DNA of 64,000 bases from Azolla caroliniana (lineage: Eukaryota > Plantae > Polypodiophyta), in NCBI GenBank assembly GCA_043228905.1, contig JBHGNT010000003.1, positions 13,764,001-13,828,000 on the forward strand. The letters run 5' to 3'. The notes below the pieces were generated by a model. It ran no database searches. It worked only from the letters and a program-made list of their open reading frames with translations, and was not told the DNA's origin. Positions 12,901 to 25,049 of this stretch are shown piece after piece. How positions within the stretch are numbered: position 1 is the stretch's first letter; each line of letters opens with the position of its first letter. A program made the position numbers and the translations under genes.

Positions 12901-14387
12901 GCCTCAGCCCAAAACTTCTTGGGTAGTTTTGCATGCGCTAGCATACTCCGGACCCTCTGCATTATGGTCCAGTTCATCCTCTCGGCCAGCCCGTTTAGTT
13001 CCGGTGTCTTCGCACGGTAAATTCAAGTTGGATTCCCTTCGAGCGACAGTACTCCTCGAACTGCCCCCGGTATTCACCTCCGTTATCTGCTCGAATCGCC
13101 TTCAGCTTCAGGCCGGTTTCTCTTTCCACTCTCGCGTGGAGCTCTTTGAAAACGGATAGCACCTGATCCTTCGTCTTCAACAGTGTGACCCACAGCTTCC
13201 GGTTGTGGTCATCTATGAACGCCACGAAGTACTGCGATCCTGCATGTGACTTCGTGTCCACTTGACACACATCAGTATGCACTAACTCCAGTGGTGCATT
13301 ATGTCTCATCGGTGGCCTCGATCGGAAGGAGGTCCAGTTTGGTTTACCGGCCAAACAATCAGTGCACTTCTCCAAGTGCACGTTCTTCACTGGACTGAGG
13401 TTGTCTTCTGCAAGCCTCTTCATCCCCTTCTCGCTCATGTGACACAGCCTTTTATGCCACAGCTCACCGGCAGTGTCGGATGCCACGTTCACTTCCTCCG
13501 GACATAACCGGGCATTCATCAGGTCCAACGTGTTTACCTTCCGGGCCCAAGCCACAATCAAGCTCCCTTTGCTGAACTTCATAACACCGTTCTGGATGCT
13601 ACCCGTGTAGCCTTCATCATCTAGCCGACCGGCTGATATCAGGTTCAGACGAACCTCCGGAACGTGTCGGACATTCTTCAGCAGCATCTTGCATCCAGTT
13701 GGTGTTGTCAACCACACGTCTCCTATGCCGACAATTCGGCATGTACCTTCATTCCCCATCCGGACACAACCGTGATCACCGGCTGAGTAGGATGAGAAGC
13801 ATTTCCGGTCCGGGGTAAGGTGGAACGACGCTCCGGAGTCGACCACCCAGGTCATCTCGTTGCCAGCAAGGTTTATCTCACTCTCCTCGGTGATGAGCAT
13901 CAACTCTTCTTCACTTGCCGCGATTGCCGTCAATCCCTTCCGATCTCGCCCCCTCTGGTCTTTACCATTCCGGTCCGGTGTCCGCTTCGAATCGGTACCG
14001 TCAGTTTCCTTGTCTTTCCGGAAATGCCGGCAGTTTTTCTGGAAGTGTCTCGTCTTGCCACAATAGAAGCAAGTAGGCCTCCCCCTTGACTTTGACCGTG
14101 TCCCCGACTTTTCCCGATTCTAGGGACTACGGTTTCTATGTCTTCCGCGTTCTGATTCGGTAAGGAGCGCTTTGGAGTCGGAGCTCGTATCCTTATCTTT
14201 CCGACATGCCTCCTCATCTAGCAAGATCGACTTCACTCTTGCTAGGGATAACCGTTTTCCTTCCGGCCCGGCGTTGCCCAAAGTGATAACCAACGTCTCC
14301 CAGCTATCCGGGAGGGAACCGAGCTGGAGTAGTGCTAGTACCTCATCGGCAAGAGGTACTTCCAATGATGTTGCCTGGTGAATCAGC
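9917..14387 (-). repeat. Three near-identical tandem copies (periods 1484 and 1487 bp) of the gag-PR-INT segment inside A1
   Basis: The same ORFs recur at 10849/12333/13820 and 10959/12443/13930; junctions at about 11404 and 12899. Confidence 0.95.
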
Positions 14388-15069
14388 CCCTGGAAGGCAT
14401 TCATGTGCTCCGCCATGCTGGAGCCATCTTGGTGCCGGAGTCTTCTAGCTTCCGAAATACCGAAACTTGATTAATAGCATTTTTGTTTTGAAACATAATG
14501 TCGATCTTCTCCCAGAGCTCATGAGCCTTACTCTCTTCATTGAAGTTGTTGTATTGGCTCATGTCAATGAAGCACCATATGTACGCCGTTGTCTTCATGT
14601 GCATCACCTCCCATATCGTGGCGTCGATTTTGTCCGGTCTCTTGTCCCCGAACTGAACCGGCAACCAAAGATCTTTAACCACGAGCATGTCCCTCATCTT
14701 CGACTTCCACACCGAATAGTTGGAGCCGGTGAGCTTGAACATGCCTCCCAACGAATCGTCCATTTTCTGTGTCATTTCACTCTGATACCAATTGACAAGA
14801 ACTACACGCTCCCTATGCACAACGCTCGGTCACAACCGAGCTTAGATTCATACACAGAAAGATAAACGGGAATGAATGCACGACACAGTGAAGAGAAGAG
14901 TACACAGGATGTTTACGGGGAAAACCCAAACTAGAGAAAAACCACGGCAGCCCACAGGCTGCAAACTATCACTATGTTACAGTGTACAACAGTAAAGCAC
15001 CGAGGCAACAACCTCGAGCTTTATATCTTCGCCACAGGCGGCGATTACAACAGAGATACGAACTCTTCG

Positions 15070-15145
<76 letters not shown>

Positions 15146-15177
15146 CACGGCTGCGTTATAATCTTGCCACAACAAGC

Positions 15178-18100
15178 TGTTGGGAAACAAGTCCCTCCGG
15201 ATGGGAAGGGAGAAGATCAGTGACGATGAACAAACTCGGCAGAAACCGTATGAGGAGGACCCGGCTATGGAGAGCCGGATGATGCAGGCCCGGTATGAAC
15301 CGGATGAGGAGTACCCGGCTACGGAGAGCCGGATGGTGCAGGCCCGGTACGAACCGGATGAGGAGTACCCGGCTACGGAGAGCCGGATGGTGCAGGCCCG
15401 GTACGAACCGAATGAGGAGTACCCGGCTACGGAGAGCCGGATGGTGCAGACCCGGTATGAACCGAAGGAAGAGACATATTCGTAAATATGTTTCTGAGAG
15501 CCCATCGTGGCTATATTTGTAAATAGCCGAAAAGTCATATTAGTATAAATATGACTTAGGGCAAACTAATATCATGTAGTTGTTGTCATTCTTCCTTGTT
15601 GGTGCAAGAAGAAGAGAGAGCACGTAATAGTGTACAGAGAGAGAGAGAGAGAGAGAGAAAGAGGTCGTTGCCTCTGTTGTAACCGTCGCGTGTGGCGAAG
15701 ATCTGTGAGCACGAGGTCGTTGCCTCTGTGAACTCACTGTTGTACATTCTCACATAGTGACAGTTTGCAGCCTGTGGGCTGCCGTGGTTTTTCCCTCTTT
15801 GGGTTTTCCACGTAAACCTCCTGTGTATCTTCCTCTCCTTTGTGTCATGTTTTATTTCCCGTTTTCTGTGTATCATTCTACACTCGGTTGTGGCCGAGCG
15901 TCGCGCATAAGGAACGTCGGGTTCCTGTCAAATGGTATCAGAGCAAAACAACACAGAAATATGGACGAATCGTTTGGTGGCATGTTCAAGCTCACCGGCT
16001 CCAACTATTCGGTATGGAAGTCAAAGATGAGGGACATGCTCGTGGTTAAAGACCTATGGCTGCCGGTTCAGTTCAGGGACAAGAGACCGGACAAAATCGA
16101 TGCCGCGATATGGGAGGTGATGCACATGAAGACAACGGCGTAACAACTTCAATGAAGAGAGCAAGGCTCATGAGCTCTGGGAGAAGATCGGCATAATGTT
16201 TCAGAACAAAAATGTTGTTAACCAGGTGTCGGTATTCCGGAAGCTAGTAAGACTCCGGTACCAAGATGGCTCCAGCATGGCGGAGCACATGAATGCCTTG
16301 CAGGGGCTGATCCACCAGGCAACATCATTGGAAGTACCTCTTGCCGATGAGGTACTCGCGCTACTCCGACTCGGTTCCCTCCCGGATAGCTGGGAGACGT
16401 TGGTTGTCACTTTGGGCAATGCCGGGCCGGAAGGAAAACGGTTATCCCTAGCAAGAGAAAGTCGATCTTGCTAGATGAGGAGGCGCGTCAGAAAGACAAA
16501 GATGCGAGCTCCGACTCCAAAGCGCTTCTTACCGAATCGGAACGCGGAAGACATAGAAACCGTAGTCCCCAGAACCGGGAGAAGTCGGGGACACGGTCAA
16601 AGTCAAGGGGGAGGCCTACTTGCTTCTATTGCGGCAAGCCGGGACACTTCCAAAAGAACTGTCGGCATTTCCGTAAAGACAAGGAAACCGACGGTACCGA
16701 TTCGAAGCAAACTCGGGACCGTAACGGTAAGACTAGAAGAGGCCGGACCGGAAGGGAACGACGGCAATCGCGGCAAGTGAAGAAGAGTTGATGCTCATCA
16801 CCGAGGAGAGTGAGATAAACCTTTCCGACAACGAGATGACCTGGGTGGTAGACTCCGGATCATCGTTCCACCTTACCCCGGACCGGAAATGCTTCTCATC
16901 CTACTCAGTCGGTGATCACGGCTGTGTCTGGATGGGGAATGAAGGTACATGCCGAATTGTCGGCATAGGAGACGTGTGGCTGACAACACCAACCGGATGC
17001 AAGATGCTGCTGAAGGATGTCCGACACGTTCCGGAAGTTCGTCTGAACCTGATATCAGCCGGTCGGCTAGATGATGAAGGCTACACGGGTAGCATCCGGA
17101 ATGGTGTCATGAAGTTCAACAAAGGGAGCCTAATTGTGGCTCGGGCCCGGAAGGTAAACACATTGTACCTGATGAATGCCCGGTTATGTCCGGAAGAAGT
17201 GAACGTGGCATCCGACACTGCCAGTGAGCTGTGGCACAAGAGGCTATGTCATATGAGCGAGAAGGGGATGAAGAGGCTTGCAGACGACAACCTCATTCCA
17301 GTGAAGAACGTGCACTTGGAGAAGTGCACTGATTGTCTGGCCGGTAAGCAGAACCGGACCTCCTTTCGATCAAGGCCACCGATGAGACGTAATGCACCAC
17401 TGGAGTTGGTAATGGTACCGGAAGAGCCTGTATGGACTGAAGCAGGCTCCCCGGCAATGGTACCGGAAGTTCGACTCCTTCATGACCGATCAAGGGTACC
17501 ACAAGACACAGGTCGATCACTGTGTGTTTGTGAAGAAGTTCGAAGGAGGCGACTTCTTAATACTCCTCCTATACGTGGATGACATGTTGATCGTCGGACG
17601 TGACCAAGTCAAAATACGGATGCTGAAGAAGGCTCTCAACCGGACCTTCTCAATGAAAGACTTGGGCCCGGCAAGACAGATGTTGGGGATGCACATCATT
17701 CGGGACCGGTTAAAGAAGCAACTATGGTTGTCACAGGAGAAGTATGTGACAAAGGTGCTTCACCGGTTCAACATGTTAGAAGCGAAACCGGTCGGATCGA
17801 CACTTCCGGTAAACTGCAGGCTATCCGGCAAGCAAAGCCCGAAGACGAAAGCAGAGAAGGCGGATATGATGAAGATTCCATATGCCTCTGCCGTCGGGAG
17901 CTTGATGTATGCTATGGTGTGTCCCGACCAGATATAGGATACGCAGTCGAAGTGGTGAGCCAGTTCATGAGTAATCCCGGCAAGGAGCATTGGAACGCGG
18001 TCAAATGGATACTCCGGTATTTGAAGGGCACTTCAAATAAGTGTCTCCGATTCGGGTCCGGAAAACCTCAACTGGACGGTTTTTTCACCGATTCGGACAT

Positions 18101-19298
18101 GTCGGCTGATGTGGATACCAGCCGGTCTACATCCGGGTATGTAATGACATATGCAGGGGGGAGCTGTTTCGTGGCAGTCGAGGCTGCAGAAGACGGTTGC
18201 ACTGTCAACCACGGAGGCGGAGTACATGGCAGCTGTGGAAGCCGGCAAGGAAATATTATGGGTGAAGGACTTCATCAGAGAGCTCGGTATCTGGCAAGAG
18301 GAATACCGACTCTATTGCGACAGTCAAAGTGCCATCCACCTTTCTAAGAATGCGGCCTACTATTCCCGGACGAAGCATATCCAACGGAGGTATCACTGGA
18401 TCCGGGAAAGAGTAGATGACCAGGAGTTCGCACTAACGAAGATCCACACGGCCGAGAACGGGTCAGATATGCTGACCAAAGTGTTGACACCCGACAAGCT
18501 GGACGCATGCCACAAGAGGATCGGACTGGTAAGACACCCCATGCCGGAGTGAAGGGGGAGTTTGTTGGGAGACAGGTCCCTCCAGATGGGAAGGGAGAAG
18601 ATCAGTGACGATGAACAAACTCGGCAGAAACCGTATGAGGAGGACCCGGCTATGGAGAGCCGGATGATGCAGACCCGGTATGAACCGGATGAGGAGTACT
18701 CGGCTACGGAGAGCCGGATGGTGCAGGCCCGGTACGAACCGGATGAGGAGTACCCGGCTACGGAGAGCCAGATGGTGTAGGCCCGGTACGAACCGGATGA
18801 GGAGTACCCGGCTACGGAGAGCCGGATGGTGCAGGCCCGGTATGAACCAGAGGAAGAGACATATTCGTAAATATGTTTCTGAGAGCCAATCGTGGCTATA
18901 TTTGTAAATAGCCAAAAATTCATATTAGTATAAATATGACTTAGGGCAAACTAATATCATGTAGTTGTTGTCATTCTTCCTTGTTGGTGCAAGAAGAAGA
19001 GAGAGCACGTAATAGTGTATAGAGAGAGAGAGAGAGAGAGAAAGAGGTCGTTGCCTCTGTTGTAACCGCCGCGTGTCACGAAGATCTGTGAGCACGAGGT
19101 CGTTGCCTCTGTGAACTCACTATTGTACATTCTCACATAGTGTCAGTTTGCAGCCTGTGGGCTGCCGTGGTTTTTCCCTCTTTGGGTTTTCCACGTAAAC
19201 CTCCTGTGTATCTTCCTCTCCTTTGTGTCGTGTTTTATTTCCCGTTTTCTGTGTATCTTGGCCGAGCGTCGCGCATAAGGAACGTCGGGTTCCTGTCA
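15178..19298 (+). mobile_element. Copia family A copy 2, two LTRs, internally deleted
   Basis: 5' LTR 15178-15930 and 3' LTR 18563-19298 (TGTTGGG...CCTGTCA); PBS TGGTATCAGAGC at 15933; PPT GAAGGGGGAG at 18551-18560; TSD CAAGC/CAAGA (4/5). The integrase core and the N-terminal part of RT are deleted at about 17410. Confidence 0.95.
15245..15465 (+). repeat. 54-bp tandem repeat (about 4 copies) in the U3 of family A LTRs; also at about 18628-18848 and degenerate at 19430-19680 and 57190-57310
   Basis: Unit GAACCGGATGAGGAGTACCCGGCTACGGAGAGCCGGATGGTGCAGGCCCGGTAC lies upstream of the TATA (GTATAAATA at 15543). Confidence 0.92.
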
Positions 19299-19747
19299 CA
19301 AGAATGAAAACAACTCCCTCAAAAGTTTGCCCTAAGTCATATTTATACTAATATGACTTTTCGGCTATTTACAAATATAGCCACGATGGACTCTCAGAAA
19401 CATATTTACGAATATGTCTCTTCATGCGGTGAGCACTCCTCACCGGGCCTGCATCATCCGGCGCTTGCCGGGTACTCATCATCCGGTTCTCACCGGGTCC
19501 TCCGTTTTCGGGTACTCCTCATCCGGTTCTCACCAGGTCTGCACCATCCGGCTCTCCGTAGCCGGGTACTCCTCATCCGGTTCTCATCGGGTCTGCACCA
19601 TCCGGCTCTCCGTAGCCAGGTACTCTTCATCCGGTTCTCACCGGGTCTTCCGTAACCGGGTACTCTTCATCCGGTTTCAGCCTCGGCCGAGATTCTCATC
19701 AGCACTGTTCTTCTCACTTCCCATCCGGAGGGACCTGTTTCCTAACA

Positions 19748-20500
19748 TTTCTCTCTTCATTGAAGTTGTTGTACAGGCTCATGTCGATGAAGCACCGGAT
19801 GTATGTCGTCTTCTTCATGTGCATCACCTCCCACATTGTGGCGTCGATCTTATCTGGTCTCTTGTCCCCGAACTGAACCGGCAACCAAAGATCTTTAACC
19901 ACCATCATATCCCTCATCTTCGACTTCCACACTGAGTAGTTGGAGCCGGTGAGCTTGAACATGCCGCCGAACGATTCTTCCATTTCCTGTGTTGTTCGCT
20001 CTGATACCAGTTTGAACAGAAATAGCGCGAAATATTGCTCAGCCACAACCGAGTCTTGAATCACTTCTATGAGAATGAAACACAGAAATGGGAAATGGAG
20101 AGTACACAAGGAAATACACAGGATGTTTACGTGGAAAACCCTAATAGGGAAAAACCACGGGAGCCCACAGACTCCAAACTATCACTATATGCGAAAGTTA
20201 CATTCAAAGACTAATAGGCAATGATCTCAAGCTCTGTATCTTCAACAACCGTCAGTTATAACACGGTATCGCTCTATATCTCACTCTCTCTCTCTCTCTC
20301 TGTTGCTCTCTATATAACAGTTACAACAGTATGACAACAACACTATGCACTATACTAAGTGATTGCCCTAAGTCATATTTATACTTATATGAACTTAGGG
20401 CTATTTACAGATATAGCCTCAATAGGCTTACTCAAAACATATTTACAAATATGTCCTCTCTTCCGGTTCTCACCGGGTCCTCTTCATTCATCAACGGATC
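19748..20500 (-). mobile_element. Copia family A copy 3: 5' LTR (about 20013-20500), PBS (19998-20009) and gag N-terminus interrupted by A1
   Basis: MEESFGGMFKLTGSNYSVWKSKMRD...NNFNEE ends exactly at the A1 LTR terminus; GCTCTGATACCA on the plus strand. Confidence 0.85.
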
Positions 20501-21213
20501 CCATCAATAGCTAACACCTTATCAATCACCTGATCGATTGATTGATTTCAAAAATCGAACACTACTAGAGTTGTTCAAAGAGGTTCCCGAATTGCTTCTG
20601 GGAATATATCTTTTAATTCTTCATCTGGAATTGTCTTCGACATTTGAAGTTGTAAATTCTAAAAATGGATCACAAATTGTGACACCGTTTCATGTGGTTC
20701 TTTATATGCTACATAGAACTGACCGATCAGATCTTTTTGTGGAATCTGTCGATGTAACAGTTGTATGAATCGGGTGGTTAATTTTTTGAAAGACTCGAAT
20801 GCTTTGATACCGTTCTAGGCAAACCAACTTCCCAACGGACCATCCAAGGACAAAACAAAATCAACAATTTTAGACTTATCTTCGGCTGCCTCCAACAGTC
20901 ACTAAGCTCCATGGTTTATTTTCGATGTTGTCAAGAAATCCCTAATGTGCACTTCTGCATCAGCGTCATCTCGATACTTCGAGTAAAGGTATGGCATATT
21001 GTCGTCACCCCAGATGTCGTAGAAAGAAACTTGTTCGGACTTACCTTCGTCCGAATAATTTTCATTTAAATCGGGAATCGAAGACCGCTCCCGACCAGCG
21101 CATTGTTGCTGTGTAGATGGAAAATCGTTGACAAGATCCTCCGCTACTTGTTGAGTTTCTGAGCGTGTGCGAGGACGTTTGCGACCGATCGGTGCTTTCG
21201 AACTAGACGACAT
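20500..21213 (-). mobile_element. Decayed Ty3/Gypsy gag fragment
   Basis: ORF 20902-21213 continues through stops into EPHETVSQFVIHF*NLQ...DEELKDIF.EAIREPL, which resembles a retrotransposon gag core; upstream minus-strand TATA (CCTATAAAATGGG) at about 21572-21585. Confidence 0.55.
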
Positions 21214-21794
21214 CCCTTCTAATTTGTTCTTTGCTGAATACAGATGTAACCGGGCATGCCAAAACTATTGTGTTATTCAATTCAATAGTTGACTATTCAG
21301 ACCGACAACACAACAAGGTCAAACTTTCTACATCGAACGTTCTATCAAGAAACTGTAGAATTACGAATGGAATACAAACTAGCTTCCTAAGCAGTTTTAC
21401 GATACTATATAACTCTATCGTGATCAACTAATTGACATAATATAATTATGTGTAGACTATAACTGAGACAAATAGAGCAATAGATTACTCGAAGAATACG
21501 CAATACAGATTTCTACTAACTAATAACTATATTAGAATCAAATTAGAACGATAGTGTTACAATGTTCTCGATCCCATTTTATAGGTGACCTGAAAGACAG
21601 ACTCATCAAGAATTACACTTTGCCTTGTCGGCAAGAACTAACCAAAACTTCTAACTAACTCTAGTATATGTATGTGTATATATATATATTGATTTAGTCG
21701 GCAAAATGCTAACTCATTTATTCACCTCGTCAATCCGACTCCGACTTTGTGTTTCCCCGAACATTGTCGACTCCGACGCTTCCACACCTGCCCG

Positions 21795-23032
21795 ACTCTT
21801 ACCTTACCGGCAAACAAAAGCACTTTCTATTGGGGGTTAGCTGGAACGATGTACCCGAATCGACTACACATGTCAATTCCTCGTTGACAAGGTTTAATTC
21901 GTTCTGCTCACTTATGAGCAACAATTCTTCCTCACTTGTCGCGATAGCCAACATGCCTTTCTGATCCGAAGTCTTCTTCGAGTCGGCATTGTCGGCTCCC
22001 CCTTTCTCCTTTCGGAAGTGTTGACAATTCTTCTAGAAATGCCCCGGCTTCCCACAATAGAAGCACGTGGGCCTCCCCCTTGACTTCGACCTTGTCCCCG
22101 ATTTCTCTTGGTTCAGGGGACTCTTGTTTTGGTCTCTCCCTCTATGTGTGTCACTTTCCATGACTAGGGTCTTTAGGTTGGAAATTGCCTCCTTGTTCTT
22201 CCGACGAGCTTCCTCATCCAACAAGCTCAATTTTACTCTTGCCACGGATGAATGTTGCCCTCCCCGTCCGGCATTGCCCAGTGTGATGACTAGAATCTCC
22301 CGGCTATCTAAAAGGGATTCGAGCAACAACAATGCTAGTACCTCGTCAACTAAAGGTACTTCGAGCGAGGTAGTCTGGTTTATTAGCCCCTGGAAGGTGT
22401 TCATATGCTTTGTTATACTGGCACCATCCTAGTACTTGAGTCTCACTACTTTTCGAAATACTAAGACTCGAATCACAACATTTTTGTTCTCCAACATAAT
22501 GCTGACCTTCTCCCAGAGCTCATGAGCCTTGTTCTCTTCATTGAAGTTGTTGTATAGACTCATGTCGATGAAGTGATGCACTTACACAGTAAACATGAGA
22601 CAACACCGGATGTCAACATGGAAAACCCTCATTGGGAAAAAAACCACGGGAGCCCACTGACTCCAAACTGATCCCTTCTCAAAGAGGTATTACAAGAGAG
22701 ACTCAGAGGCAACGACCTCGAGCTCTATCTCTTCGCAAGTCAGTGGTTACAACAAATACAACATCTTGTACCACACTCTCTCGCTCTTGCTCTGTCTATA
22801 CAACGATTACAACTTAACTAACTAACTCATACAATAAGTTTTGTCGTAGTTATTTATACTCTCATAACTTTCGAGCTATTTACAAGTATAGCCTCAACAT
22901 GCGCATCCGAACATATTTACTAATATGTCCTTTCTTCGAGTTCACACCAGATCCAACCGGATACCTTTCGGATCCATCCGGTCTGGTTTCTTCCTCCGGC
23001 TCATTCGATCTAGAGGAACCGATTTCCCAACA
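21795..23032 (-). mobile_element. Older family A-related Copia (copy 4): partial 5' LTR (about 22575-23032) fused to gag-PR remnant
   Basis: ORF 22033-22404 is homologous to A gag (NTFQGLINQTTSLEVPL...CFYCGKPGHF); the LTR starts TGTTGGGAAATC on the minus strand; PBS and gag start are deleted. Confidence 0.85.
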
Positions 23033-24534
23033 ATACCTAGAATTGCCTCGAATTTGGCAAATGAAGAACTCCAAAGCTTCACTTTAAAGGACTCATAATT
23101 GGGAAAATGAAAAAGAGAGTTTTCGAAAATAAACAAAACATCTAAACCATCAAAAGTTCATCATAACAAAGTTGTCACCCATTGTTTAGCTAGACTAACT
23201 TGGTTGATACTTAGGAAATATGGGATGGGGAATTGAAAACATTCAAATCAAACTTGACTTCTTAACATACATAATAAAAAAGAGACAAGAAATATTTAGT
23301 TGCAAACTCAAAATTTCCTAATAATCGAGAATGGAGGTTATGCCTCTTTCAAAGACTATTTAGTGATCATTCCCTTTATATCTCATTAATAATGTTCTTG
23401 TCAACATGCCTAACTTCAAATTACTCACTTTGTTTTACTATGGGATATTTTTTGGACATAAATAGTTGATCCACTGAGGATAGGAGGATCCACTTTGATA
23501 TTTGTATTGAGTAAACTATTGAGTTAGAGGATAGGATGATCCACTACACCATTGCACATGTGAGTGTTCACAATAATGTTTCCTGCATAAAAGCTTGAAA
23601 GGTTGCCTAAAGTATCTTGTAGCATTGTTATGTTTTAATTAGGGACTAAATGTCAAATACCTATGTCAACAGATATAAATGTATCTACGCTAATTATAGG
23701 AAGATTAGTAACAATGACATTGATTTCTTAGAAGTCCTAGAGACTGATTTTGATATGAAGCGAGAGAGGGTTACATATGATAGGGAGAAGTACGATGGTA
23801 GAGTATATGTATATAAAGACTTGATGGATAATGTTTTTCTTATTTGCTTATAAAGACTAGATGAATAATGGTTGTAAAAAAAATTATGGAAAGAAAAAAC
23901 ATTGCAAAGGTTTTACAAAATTGTTTGATCTCATAACTTGTATAAATATATTTTGTCCAATGAAATCTGAAACTTTACATTAAAATTGTTCAATATTTGA
24001 TAAGGAGACATATGATATTAGAGTATATGTATCATTTGCCTAAACTTGTAACATATTTTTTCTATGAAATTATTTGCTTATAAACAAGTGATGAATAATA
24101 CTTGTAAAACTTCTTTAGTTGTAAAAGTTTTATAAAATGAAAAGTTTCTATATTGCATTTACATTTTGTACAATGACAAGCTCAAACTTTACGTTAACAT
24201 TGTTCAATAATACATTGGAAGAAAAGAAAACTAGAATGTTGCGACCCACATATAATTGGTGATTGGCCACAAGAAGTTGTTTTTCATTAGTTAGTGTTGT
24301 TGGATTTCCTGACACCTTTTTGGCATTTGTTACTAATTAAATAGTGCCAAAAATTGTCGCCTTTCCTATGTGTCAAAAACTTGGCAATTGCTTCATGTTG
24401 CAATTTGCGGCACTTATTTATTACTCAAATTTTCCACATTACTATCAGTAAGTTTTCAAATTCCATCTATTTAACTCATAAAATTTATTAACATAAAATG
24501 GAATGTGAGAGTTTTGAAACTTCGGCTAATTAAG

Positions 24535-25049
24535 TAGGTATCGACAACGGTTTGTTTTAGTCATACCAAACCGTAAGAAGAAGACTTTAAAATTTAACTA
24601 GTTCAATTTGATTCTACTTAGTTTTAGAAATTTGTAAACTGTTTGGTTTGGCTTGGGGTTCAAGAGTTTGGTTTGACACTTTATCGGCTTAATGGTTTCA
24701 TTGATGAACTGTTTCAAGGACTTTTTTAAGTATTTATTAAATATATAATTGTGTAATGTGCATTTTGAAGTTTCATTTTTTTATCTCAAATTATTCTTTT
24801 AAGTTGAAATTCTATTCAGAGTTTAAAAAACTAACCCTTTCTTGAGAATTTGAAAATTGAGTCCACAATAGTCAATAATTCGAGGTTCAACTAAAACTAA
24901 ACTTTGAAAGCTTGATGACTCAATAGATTTACAGTTTAGTAGTTTGTGGACCTCTTGAACTAAATGGTTCGCTTTAAGCTTAAATTTTTTTAAATGGTTT
25001 GAGTTTGGCACTCCCAAATCAAACCAAACTGAGTTGTTGTCAATAACTA
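24535..25049. mobile_element. Old hAT-type MITE (515 bp)
   Basis: Imperfect TIRs TAGGTATCGACAAC / GTTGTCAATAACTA; 8-bp TSD TAATTAAG/CAATTAAG; subterminal GGTTT/AAACC motifs; terminus matches the element at 39368. Confidence 0.7.

Larger units (their letters stand above)
8084..19747 (-). mobile_element. Copia family A copy 1 (Tnt1/Tork-like), 3'-truncated, with internal triplication; 5' LTR split by copy 2
   Basis: Minus-strand gag (CFYCGK..H..KNC), protease (WVVDSGASFH), GAG-pre-integrase (LWHKRLCHMSEKG), integrase (LELVHTDVC, IRADNGGEY) and RT (8231-9427, LYVDDML). PBS at about 14779-14790. LTR halves at 14793-15177 and 19299-19747. Confidence 0.92.

Noticed and set aside
15180-15538. Repetitive peptide ORFs (EPDEEYPATESRMVQARY)n in A LTRs
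   Set aside because: By-product of a 54-bp (multiple of 3) repeat; open in several frames and broken in the sister LTR.
23760-24210. Old tandem duplication of about 220 bp in the intergenic region
   Set aside because: Highly diverged and AT-rich, with no coding or structural signal.
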